A DNA stretch of 64,000 bases, from assembly GCA_903920215.1 (NCBI GenBank), contig CAIXLG010000081.1, positions 1,714 to 65,713 on the forward strand, read 5' to 3'. This document shows, one piece after another, positions 52,715-61,361 of this stretch. The DNA is from an uncultured Chlorobiaceae bacterium (GTDB lineage: Bacteria > Bacteroidota > Chlorobiia > Chlorobiales > Chlorobiaceae). Within the stretch, counting starts at the first letter, position 1. Each line of letters starts with the position of its first letter. The notes below the pieces were generated by a model that saw nothing but the letters and a program-made list of their open reading frames with translations, did not search any database and was not told where the DNA came from. The position numbers and the translations under genes are program-made.

Positions 52715-53866
52715 TTATACGAAAATACGTTTAACCCTGGAAGAAACCGCACAAAGTGTTTCATAGCTGATTGTCCCGGCAATATCTGCAATCTCTTCTG
52801 CGGAAGGCCCGTTCCAGCCAAAGAGAACGGCCTTGTCTCCGATTGTAACGTTATGCTGTGTACCGAGGTCAACCATGATCTGGTCCATCGTTACCGTCCC
52901 TATCTGTTGATAAGCCTTACCGTTGATCGAGACGCTTGCTTTGTTTGAAAGCGCTCTGTAATAACCGTCGGCATATCCTGCGGCAATTGTTGCAATGTGC
53001 CGGGGCCCCGGTGCACTCCATGTCCGGTTATAGCTGACCGTGGTGCCTGCTGAAACGGTTTTTATAAAAATGACTTTTGCCTCAAACTGCATGACCGGTT
53101 TAACATCGAGACGGCAAGGTGTTTTTTTTGCTGGATGATAACCGTAAAGCAGAATACCGGGCCGAACCATATCAAGCCAGGAGTCAGGGTGGGAGAGGAT
53201 TGCGCCGCTGTTGGCGGCATGTTTGCACACTGTTCGGCCGGACTCATGCTCGTATTCTGCGGTAAGCGCTTTAAACGCAGTAAGTTGCTTTTCTGTGAAA
53301 CCATTCTCTGATGAGCTTTCGGCAAAGTGGGTATAGATACCGCTTAGCTCGATGTATGGTGACTGGTCGATCTCCCTGAGCATCTCCATTGCTGTTGACG
53401 GCGAAATACCGAGTCGTCCCATGCCGGTATCGACCTTAACCTGTACCCGCAGTGTTTTGTTCTGCGATGCTGCAATTTCCTTTGCTGCCTGAAGCGTTAC
53501 GGCATCACAGACCGTCATCTCTATGCCGAATTTCAGAAAAAATTCAATATGGGAGGGAAGTGGTGAGGCAAATGCGAGAATTCTTGCCGGGTTTTTAAGC
53601 GCCCCCCCGGTTTTGAGTTCAATGGCTTCATGGATATTCGCGACCCCGAAATCCTCGATACCCGATGCTTCAAGCGCCTCAGCAATCCTGTGCACATTAT
53701 GGCCATAGGCATTTGCTTTGACGATGCCCATGATACGTGCCTTGCCGGCTATCCGTTCACGGATAAGGCGTGCATTTCCGGTAAGATTTTCAAGGGAGAT
53801 CAGGGCTTCTGTCATGTTTTCAGCAGGTGTTTCTCTTGCAGAAAGGCCCGGTTTTGGGTTGTCCAT
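52715..53866 (-). CDS. alr: Alanine racemase
   Basis: 'GIVKANAYGH', 'KVDTGMGRLG', 'AGYADGY' and 'MDQIMVD'. Confidence 0.96.
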   Translation of the reverse strand: MDNPKPGLSARETPAENMTEALISLENLTGNARLIRERIAGKARIMGIVKANAYGHNVHRIAEALEASGIEDFGVANIHEAIELKTGGALKNPARILAFASPLPSHIEFFLKFGIEMTVCDAVTLQAAKEIAASQNKTLRVQVKVDTGMGRLGISPSTAMEMLREIDQSPYIELSGIYTHFAESSSENGFTEKQLTAFKALTAEYEHESGRTVCKHAANSGAILSHPDSWLDMVRPGILLYGYHPAKKTPCRLDVKPVMQFEAKVIFIKTVSAGTTVSYNRTWSAPGPRHIATIAAGYADGYYRALSNKASVSINGKAYQQIGTVTMDQIMVDLGTQHNVTIGDKAVLFGWNGPSAEEIADIAGTISYETLCAVSSRVKRIFV

Positions 53867-54068
53867 AAAGCGAATGCTGTATTTTAGTTACAGAGGTCTG
53901 TTGCCCTGGTTCCGGAACTTTCTGTAAAAAAACATATTTTGTTACTGATTTTCAAGCCTGAAAGCCGCTTATTCCTCTGCTATCGTGAATTGAGCAATTA
54001 ATGTATATTTTCTTGGAGAGTTATCAGGGCTTGTTGTCACTTTAAACAAATATTCAGCTATTACTATC

Positions 54069-55442
54069 ATGTCGAACCACGATATATTCGGGCTGGCAGC
54101 AGAAACACCGCTGGTTCTTGTCAAACAGATGGCCCGTCACATTCGGCCAAAAGTTATGGCCAAGCTTGAGTACATGAACCCGGCTTGTTCCCACTATTAT
54201 CGTGTAGCATCTGCCCTCATCACTGATGCTGAAGAGCGCCAACAGATTCATCCGGGAATGACCCTTGTTGACTGGACGTTCGGCAACAGCGGCATAGCCC
54301 TAGCCATGGCCGGAGTTCGACGGGGGTACAAGCTGCTTCTGGCGGCCCCTGATAAAATTTCAAGAGAGAAGCAGGAAGTGCTCAGGGCCCTCGGTGCGGA
54401 ACTCGTCATCACCCCATCTGATGTCCTGCCTGGAGAGCCGCGCAGCTGCATGAATGTAGCTGAAAGTCTCGTAAAAAGTGTTTCGAACGCCTTTTTTACC
54501 GGCATGTATAACAATCCCGTCAGTATCAAGGTGCATAGTGAAGCTACCGGCAGCGAAATCTTTCGTCAGACAGATGGCAAGGTTACTCATGTTTTTGTAT
54601 CGATGGTCTCTGGTGCGATGGCTTCCGGTCTTGGTCGTTATTTGAAAGAGAAAAATCCGAAAATAAGCATCATCGGCGTTGAATCACAGGGCTCTGTTTA
54701 TGCAAACCTTTTGAATGATGCAAAGCCGGCCAATCCGGTTTTTACTGAACTTGAGGAAATCGGTTCCATGCAACAATCCTCTCTCTGGGACCCAACGGTT
54801 ATCGATGATGTTATACAGGTAAGCGACTATGACGCATTTAACTGCGGGCGCGACCTTTTGCGGGCTGAAGCTGTTTTTGCCGGTGGCGCATCCGGTGCAG
54901 TGATGAGGGCCGCGCTTCAGGCAGGAGAAGAATATGGAGAGGACGATTGTGTTGTTGTGGTGATGAATGATTTCGGCGGCTATTACCTGAGCAAAATGTA
55001 CAATGATGAGTGGATGCGGAAAAGGGGCTTTTACCGCAAGGCGAAATCAGCTCTTGAACAGATTACAGCGGAAGATATTCTACAGTTGAAAGTACGCAGG
55101 GACCTGATTTTCGCATATCCCGAAAATACCCTTGCAGAAGTTTTTGAAATGATGAAGCAGAACGATGTTTCCCAGCTTCCCATTGTTTCCTATAACGCAC
55201 CGATCGGCAGTATCAGTGAGAACAAAATACTCTCTATTCTTATAGAAAACGATGAAGCGATGAACTCAAAAGTTGTCGGGTTCATGGAACAGCCTTTTTC
55301 AGTGTGCAAACTGGAGGCGACGATTTCAGAATTATCCGACAAGTTGCAGCAAAGTGCATCCGGAGTATTGATCAGTCTGTCGGATGGAAAACTTCAACTG
55401 CTTACTAAATCAGATCTTATTGATGCGTTAACCCATAAGTAA
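54069..55442 (+). CDS. Cystathionine beta-synthase/CysK-like protein with C-terminal CBS domains, catalytically degenerate
   Basis: Fold-type II layout ('KLEYMNP', 'GNSGIALA') plus a CBS pair ('QLPIV...GSISE'). The canonical 'SVKDR' is replaced by 'SHYYR'. Confidence 0.85.
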   Translation: MSNHDIFGLAAETPLVLVKQMARHIRPKVMAKLEYMNPACSHYYRVASALITDAEERQQIHPGMTLVDWTFGNSGIALAMAGVRRGYKLLLAAPDKISREKQEVLRALGAELVITPSDVLPGEPRSCMNVAESLVKSVSNAFFTGMYNNPVSIKVHSEATGSEIFRQTDGKVTHVFVSMVSGAMASGLGRYLKEKNPKISIIGVESQGSVYANLLNDAKPANPVFTELEEIGSMQQSSLWDPTVIDDVIQVSDYDAFNCGRDLLRAEAVFAGGASGAVMRAALQAGEEYGEDDCVVVVMNDFGGYYLSKMYNDEWMRKRGFYRKAKSALEQITAEDILQLKVRRDLIFAYPENTLAEVFEMMKQNDVSQLPIVSYNAPIGSISENKILSILIENDEAMNSKVVGFMEQPFSVCKLEATISELSDKLQQSASGVLISLSDGKLQLLTKSDLIDALTHK

Positions 55443-55654
55443 GTGCTTTCAAATTATATGGTTGCTTTTTTAGAGAGATTTACGTAATTAAGGGCCTCTG
55501 AACATTCCGCTTTTTATTTATGTGCGATACACTATATTGCGCAGTGAAGCTGGAAAAAATGTCAGGTATGGTACACCCCGGCCCATACAATCAATGGATG
55601 AGAACAGAATAGATCCCGACGATTGATGAGCGGGTTAACAACCAGCAATATTAT

Positions 55655-56215
55655 ATGAAGGTAGAGTCCAGAAAAAGGCAGTTCATTTTAGAGGGTAAGA
55701 TTAAGGCTTGCTTCTGTGAAGGATGCGGTCAACTTACCGACAAGACGTTTGTTGGCGAATGGATTCCGAGTGATAAACCCAAAGACGACGATTTTCTGAC
55801 AGCAGTTCAGGTTAAGAAGCCTAAAGAAGGGAAGAATGGTGCAGGCGATGTGCCGCCTCCTGCTGAAAACCAGTACTGGATTCGCTGTTCCGAGTGCAAT
55901 CAGGTATTTCTGCTCAGGGAATGGCAGATACAGATTGACAGGGAAGTCAGTCCGGAAGAGTTGAAGGCCGAAGATTGTCAGATATACTCACCTCATGGTA
56001 TTTACGCTAAAGGTGACGCGCTTTTTCATAAGGCGCTTGGTGAAGTTGGAGTTGTCAGGGAAAAACAGGCCACGGGCAGTGGAGCTTTCGTGATTATTGT
56101 TGAATTTGCAAAAAGCGGCAGAAAACAGCTTCTGGAAAATGTGCAGCTGGCTTCTTCAAAAGAAAAAAATTCTGAGAGCATAACGGATATTATTAAATTA
56201 AAACTTAAACGTTGA
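55655..56215 (+). CDS. Hypothetical protein: Cys-rich Zn-ribbon-like N-part plus Tudor-like C-part
   Basis: 'CFCEGC', 'CSEC' and 'GDALFHKALGEVGVV...IVEFAKSGRKQL'. Confidence 0.8.
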   Translation: MKVESRKRQFILEGKIKACFCEGCGQLTDKTFVGEWIPSDKPKDDDFLTAVQVKKPKEGKNGAGDVPPPAENQYWIRCSECNQVFLLREWQIQIDREVSPEELKAEDCQIYSPHGIYAKGDALFHKALGEVGVVREKQATGSGAFVIIVEFAKSGRKQLLENVQLASSKEKNSESITDIIKLKLKR

Positions 56216-56239
56216 TCTTTTAAAAGGGGGTGAATTACA

Positions 56240-56437
56240 TTGGTTAGTGTGCAGATAAATGATAATGAATCGATTGATAAAATGCTGAAACGCTTCAAGA
56301 AAAAATATGAGCGTGCAGGTGTTTTAAAGGAGTTTCGTGCAAACGCATACTTTGTTAAACCATCGATTGATGGTCGTTTGAAACGCTCGAGAAGCAGGCG
56401 TAGAGCCCAGCGGGCAAATGAAGAACGCAATTCATGA
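56240..56437 (+). CDS. rpsU: 30S ribosomal protein S21
   Basis: '[12 protein letters not shown]...FVKPS'. TTG start after a GGGGG-type RBS. Confidence 0.95.
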   Translation: MVSVQINDNESIDKMLKRFKKKYERAGVLKEFRANAYFVKPSIDGRLKRSRSRRRAQRANEERNS

Positions 56438-56460
56438 TCTACTGATCGCAGCAGTTATGC

Positions 56461-56494
56461 AAAGCAGCTCTTTAACGGGAGTTGCTTTTTTTTT
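56461..56494 (+). terminator. Terminator after rpsU
   Basis: aaagcagctc...gagttgcttt followed by a long T run. Confidence 0.85.
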
Positions 56495-56518
56495 GTAAAC
56501 ACCACTATCTATTGGCTC

Positions 56519-57823
56519 ATGAGAGTGTTCAAAGGTGAAGTCACAGCGTTACCGCCCGACAAGTCGATCTCCCATCGTGCGGCACTTATAGCTGCCTTAT
56601 CAGAAGGGACAACGGAGATCACCAACTTTTCCGGAGGATTTGATAATCAGTCAACCCTCAGCGTCTTGAAGGATGCAGGCATTTCGATCAGGCAGTTCGA
56701 AGAGGAGGGAGCATATGGCCGTCGAATTCGCAAAGTGGTCATAGAATCAAAAGGATTATGGAGTTTTCACTCTCCCTCTGCTCCGCTGATGTGCAACAAT
56801 TCAGGCAGCACCATGCGGATGTTTGCCGGTATTCTTGCGGCACAGCCCTTTGCAAGTGAGCTGATAGGCGATAGTTCACTGATGAAGCGTCCAATGAAAA
56901 GGGTTGCTGACCCGCTCAGGCTTATGGGCGCGGCTATTGAACTTTCTGAATCAGGCACTGCCCCGATCAGAATAACAGGTAAAAAAGAGCTTAAGCCTAT
57001 TGAATATCGCCTTCCTGTGCCCTCAGCTCAGGTGAAGTCGCTTGTAGCTTTTGCCGCTCTTCATGCCGAAGGTGAAACAAGGATTATCGAAACAGTGCGT
57101 TCGCGTGACCATACCGAAGTGATGCTCGGCCTGGAGACGCTGGTGAATGAGAACGAACGGGTTATTGTGGTGCCAGGTAGAAAACGTATTGCTGCAAAAC
57201 CCTTCTATATTCCTGCCGACCCTTCTGCCGCATGTTTTATCGTTGCGCTTGGGTTGCTTGCCCGCGGTTCAGAAATCATCATCAGGGATGTCTGCCTCAA
57301 TCCAACGAGGGCAGCCTACCTTGCTATCCTTTTGGAAGCTGGTGCTGGTATTTCAATTGAAAATGAGCGAGTGATCGGTGGTGAATCCATTGGCGACATT
57401 CTTGTTCGCAACAACCGGGAGCTTGCGCCTCTTGTTATCAGCGATCCTCAGCTGGTTGCCTTTATCATTGATGAAATTCCAATGCTTGCCGTGCTTTCAG
57501 CGTTTGCTTCCGGCAGGTTTGAACTCCATAACGCCGCCGAACTGAGAACCAAAGAGAGTGACCGGATTGAAGCTCTTGTGGTTAATCTTGAGCGTCTTGG
57601 TTTCGATTGCGAGCAGTACCCTGACGGCTTTATTGTAAAGGGACGCACTGCAACACCTTCAGGATCGATTGTTATTGACAGCTTTGATGATCACCGGATT
57701 GCCATGAGCTTTGCCATTGCAGCCAAAGCAACAGGCACTGAACTTGATATTACCGATATCAACGTCGTTGGAGTTTCGTTTCCGCATTTCTTTGAAATGA
57801 TTGAAGGTCTTGAAGTCCGATAG
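56519..57823 (+). CDS. aroA: 3-phosphoshikimate 1-carboxyvinyltransferase
   Basis: 'PDKSISHR', 'NSGSTMR', 'SAQVKS', 'KESDRI' and 'DDHRIAM'. Confidence 0.96.
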   Translation: MRVFKGEVTALPPDKSISHRAALIAALSEGTTEITNFSGGFDNQSTLSVLKDAGISIRQFEEEGAYGRRIRKVVIESKGLWSFHSPSAPLMCNNSGSTMRMFAGILAAQPFASELIGDSSLMKRPMKRVADPLRLMGAAIELSESGTAPIRITGKKELKPIEYRLPVPSAQVKSLVAFAALHAEGETRIIETVRSRDHTEVMLGLETLVNENERVIVVPGRKRIAAKPFYIPADPSAACFIVALGLLARGSEIIIRDVCLNPTRAAYLAILLEAGAGISIENERVIGGESIGDILVRNNRELAPLVISDPQLVAFIIDEIPMLAVLSAFASGRFELHNAAELRTKESDRIEALVVNLERLGFDCEQYPDGFIVKGRTATPSGSIVIDSFDDHRIAMSFAIAAKATGTELDITDINVVGVSFPHFFEMIEGLEVR

Positions 57824-57838
57824 ATGCGTGTCTGAACG

Positions 57839-58630
57839 TTACTTTATCCGGACTTTTTCGATGTGGTCCAGGAGTGCACGGTTGAACTCCTCTGGTTGTT
57901 CCATATTCGAAATATGCCCGGCATCAGCAAGCAGCCGGAACTGAGCGCCCGGAATTCTGGAGCTTATGCTTCTATTTATTTCAGGAGGGGTTGCTTTGTC
58001 ATCGTCCCCTGCAAGCACCAGAACAGGACAGTGGATGGTTGAAAGGAGTGGGCTTGCGTCAGTTCGCATCATGATTGCCCGCATTGCTTCCGTAATGACC
58101 TTTGCGGGCTGTTTTCTGATGATATTCCGAACGTGCTCAACCAGTTCCGGCCTTGTAGTGTAGGTCGCAGCAGTAAAGTAATTCGGTATCATTCGCCTTA
58201 TTGCGTCTTCAGCTCCGGCACTATTTACCGCTTTAATGAACTCCTCTCGTGTAGTTCTCGCCTCGGGGGCATCAGCTTCCGCACGGGTGTCACAGAGAAC
58301 CAGAGAGGCGGTTTTCTCGGGGTACAGCCGGTAAAATTCAAACGCCTGATAACCTCCCATTGAAAGCCCGACAACTGTTGCTTTCTCAATCTTGAGTGAA
58401 TCAAGAAGGTTAGAAAGCTCATGAGCATAGTCGGTAAAGCTCCAGCTCTCTTTTTCCAGAGAGCCGTCAATACCGAAGGCGTTAGGTGCTATAACCGTAA
58501 AGCCTGCTTTGCAAAGGGCATCAATCTGTGGCTGCCACATGGCAGCAGAGAGAGGAAAAGCGTGCAAAAGCAACACGGCATGTTTTGCCGTGCTGCCGGG
58601 TGCTGTGTTATCGCTGATGAAAGTCAGCAT
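57839..58630 (-). CDS. Alpha/beta hydrolase (3-oxoadipate enol-lactonase-like)
   Basis: 'LLHAFP', nucleophile elbow 'GLSMGG' and 'AGHISNMEQP'. Confidence 0.9.
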   Translation of the reverse strand: MLTFISDNTAPGSTAKHAVLLLHAFPLSAAMWQPQIDALCKAGFTVIAPNAFGIDGSLEKESWSFTDYAHELSNLLDSLKIEKATVVGLSMGGYQAFEFYRLYPEKTASLVLCDTRAEADAPEARTTREEFIKAVNSAGAEDAIRRMIPNYFTAATYTTRPELVEHVRNIIRKQPAKVITEAMRAIMMRTDASPLLSTIHCPVLVLAGDDDKATPPEINRSISSRIPGAQFRLLADAGHISNMEQPEEFNRALLDHIEKVRIK

Positions 58631-58633
58631 ACA

Positions 58634-58957
58634 TCAGTTTTCCTGGGCTTTTGGATACCCCTTGATTTCCTTGATAATGCTGTTTGCCTCGTTGAGAATT
58701 TTTTTGGCTTCGTCACGAGCGGTATCGATGATGTCCTGAGAGCGTTTTTTTGCATCATTGTTATACACGCCATCGTTTTCATTGCTTTCGTAGAGTTCGG
58801 ATGCCTTGTCAAGCGCAAGTTTTACCTTGCCTGAAATAATCTGCTGGGTTTCAGTCCCTTTATACGGCGCGAACAGTAATCCCATGATTGTTCCAACAGC
58901 TGCACCTAGCATTGCACCGAAAAAAAGCCCCTTGTAGTATTTATCCTGTTGTTCCAT
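58634..58957 (-). CDS. YtxH-domain protein
   Basis: 'GLFFGAMLGAAVGTIMGLLFAPYKGTETQ' followed by a coiled coil. Confidence 0.85.
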   Translation of the reverse strand: MEQQDKYYKGLFFGAMLGAAVGTIMGLLFAPYKGTETQQIISGKVKLALDKASELYESNENDGVYNNDAKKRSQDIIDTARDEAKKILNEANSIIKEIKGYPKAQEN

Positions 58958-58996
58958 AGTACGATGAGGTTTAGTAGTTCAAATAATATAAAGATT

Positions 58997-60406
58997 TTAC
59001 TGCTTTAACATACTCATAATCTCTTCGCGGCATTCTACAATGTGCTCTACCAGATCAGGGCGGCAGAGGAGTCTGAATTTTTTGGTATAGCGTTCAAAGG
59101 CGAGAATAAAGTCTGATCGGAAAACCGACTCGTTCAGGTCATCAAACCGGATGTATTCTGATTCAAGCTGCAGGTTGTAGTGGATGTGTTCTGAGCGGGT
59201 AGGATAGACCCTGAGCTCTTTTAAATCCGCGTAATCAAAAATATCTTTTTTCGAAGGTGGGTCAATGAGTACCTCGTGACCTTGCAGTCCGAGATGGTAG
59301 CGTTGGTTGAGGAGGTCGCAGATCTCAAGTTCCATCGCCCGGCGCATTTTGCTGTCAGCATTATAGATGAACCAGCGCTCATCAGCCTGGGCAGAATCAT
59401 CGAGGTAGGGTTGCACGGTTATTGCCCTCTTGTACACCCTGCGCATAAGGATATCCTCAAGGAGGGCTGCAAGGGGATGGCTTTTTTCCGGTATAAGGTT
59501 TTTCAGTTCATGGAGAACCCTGTCATCAGCATTGCCATAAAAAAGTTCACGCATGGCCTCAGGTGACAGAAGCCCTTCACTGGCAATATCCTGCAGAAGC
59601 CTGCGAAGCATGGCCGAAAGAGCCCTGCTGGTATGATGCCAGTAGACGTTGCGCATCATCATGTATTTTGCAAAAAGCAGGCTTTCAAGCGGCGCAATCC
59701 CTTTTTCAGTTATGGCAAACCGTTCACGCTGCGGATCGGGCACAAATGACTCAATCAGCCGTTCAATATCGATGCTTCCATAAGGAATGTTGCAGTGGTG
59801 TGCGTCGCGCATCAGATAGTCCATTTTATCCGGGTCAAGCGTACCGCTGATAAGTTTTCCGAACCGGGTTGCGGAACTGCCCGTGATCAGTTGTATGACC
59901 GATTCAGGCGATACCTTCCAATCCTCCTGCAATATTTCCGCTATTGTCGGTACCCCTTGATTTTTCTCATAAATAAAGCGCGAGCAAAGCTCTTCATGAT
60001 GTGAAAAGACAGGTTCAGTTTCGTAGAGAGGAATCTGTTCCTCAATGATATGGGCATGGGGAAAGTGCCCGATATCATGCAGCAGACAGGCCGATAGCAG
60101 AACCCGGCAGTTCTGGTCGTTGAATTGAAAGCTGTCATCCTGCAGGCTGAGTGCCAGGGGGCTTGTCAGCATACGCTGAAGAATCAGCTTCATCAGATGA
60201 TACACACCTATAGAGTGCTCGAAGCGTGTGTGGGTTGCACCAGGATATACCTGCTGTGAGAAGGAGAGCTGCCGTATTCCCTTAAGGCGCAGAAACGAGG
60301 GGTGGGACAGAATTTTTTTCAGTGGACCGCTCAGAGGAATGTGCCCCCATATCGGGATCCGGATAAATCCTCCGTCAGATTGAAAAAGCAAGTGTTCAGC
60401 TATCAT
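58997..60406 (-). CDS. HD-domain phosphohydrolase (dNTP triphosphohydrolase/SAMHD1-like)
   Basis: 'RLKGIRQL', 'HTRFEHSIG', 'LLHDIGHFPHAH' and 'LDPDKMDYLMRD'. Confidence 0.9.
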   Translation of the reverse strand: MIAEHLLFQSDGGFIRIPIWGHIPLSGPLKKILSHPSFLRLKGIRQLSFSQQVYPGATHTRFEHSIGVYHLMKLILQRMLTSPLALSLQDDSFQFNDQNCRVLLSACLLHDIGHFPHAHIIEEQIPLYETEPVFSHHEELCSRFIYEKNQGVPTIAEILQEDWKVSPESVIQLITGSSATRFGKLISGTLDPDKMDYLMRDAHHCNIPYGSIDIERLIESFVPDPQRERFAITEKGIAPLESLLFAKYMMMRNVYWHHTSRALSAMLRRLLQDIASEGLLSPEAMRELFYGNADDRVLHELKNLIPEKSHPLAALLEDILMRRVYKRAITVQPYLDDSAQADERWFIYNADSKMRRAMELEICDLLNQRYHLGLQGHEVLIDPPSKKDIFDYADLKELRVYPTRSEHIHYNLQLESEYIRFDDLNESVFRSDFILAFERYTKKFRLLCRPDLVEHIVECREEIMSMLKQ

Positions 60407-60630
60407 GAAATCTCAGGGGTTACAAAGCAATGGGTTCGTTTTGTAAAAAAGATAAACAACAAACCATGTTCATCAAACTGGCTGCCAAAAGTGATGAGAG
60501 CAAGTGATCGATCTTTTCAGGCATATGTCGTTCAAAATAATATTTCCGGAAGTTCTTTTTGTTGTTAATGATTCGTATTATAAGTGTAATAATAGTGTAT
60601 TTATTTATCAACTCTATGAATCCAATTGGT

Positions 60631-61332
60631 ATGCAAAAAATTATTATTACCGATTTTATCCGGTTCGCAAACCCGAAGATTGTTGGTACTGCAGGGATTG
60701 ATTTGACAACCGGCCAATGCATTCGACCCATGCCCTTCCTTAATGCCTCATTCTGTAAAAGCCTGAACATTGTTCCCGGTGCGATCCTGACCGGAGAATT
60801 TACCCCGGTTCAAAATCCTGCAGCTCCACATCAGGAAGACATGTCGTATAAAAATCTAGCCTGTATGGGGCCCTGTACTTCTTCAGATTTTAAGCTTGCG
60901 TTGCATGCCGGATTATGTGATACCGTAGAACATGGATTTCAGATTGCATTGGCGGACAAACAAAAGCACATTCCCATAAATCATTCTATAGGCAAGTCTA
61001 TAATCACAATAAAAATACAGCCGGATAAAATAGATATTGTCGAAGGTGGATACAATCAAAAGAAAATAAAGATAAATTTTACTGATAATTCAGGTCGGGC
61101 TTTTAGATATATCTCTATAACTGACCTTGGGTTTCGTGGTTTTGCTGAGAGTATCCATATGTCAGATGGGTTGAATACCCTGAACGCCTTTATTTGTTCA
61201 CAGTCTGAGGTCTACTTGCGGTTAGGCTTGAGCAGCCCTTGGGACAATGGCAAAATAAATGGGTATTGGATGCAGGTTAATGGATTATATACATTCCCTG
61301 ATTACCATCATGAAATCAGGAGTTACCGCTGA
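60631..61332 (+). CDS. Dual OB-fold domain-like protein
   Basis: N-terminal 'IIITDFIRF...TAGIDLTTGQCIRP' and C-terminal 'VYLRLGLSSPW...WMQVNGLY' resemble the dual-OB family as I recall it. ATG at 60631 preferred. Confidence 0.65.
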   Translation: MQKIIITDFIRFANPKIVGTAGIDLTTGQCIRPMPFLNASFCKSLNIVPGAILTGEFTPVQNPAAPHQEDMSYKNLACMGPCTSSDFKLALHAGLCDTVEHGFQIALADKQKHIPINHSIGKSIITIKIQPDKIDIVEGGYNQKKIKINFTDNSGRAFRYISITDLGFRGFAESIHMSDGLNTLNAFICSQSEVYLRLGLSSPWDNGKINGYWMQVNGLYTFPDYHHEIRSYR

Positions 61333-61361
61333 TTCATGTCAGCATGCTCATTAAGCTGGTG

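Noticed and set aside
55443-55654. Possible ncRNA upstream of the Zn-ribbon gene
   Set aside because: Only short weak stems, with no tRNA, SRP, 6S, tmRNA or riboswitch signature recognised.
60420-60770. 116-aa minus-strand ORF with a hydrophobic stretch
   Set aside because: It overlaps the dual-OB-like gene antisense, and its Ile/Asn-rich composition reflects AT-rich DNA.
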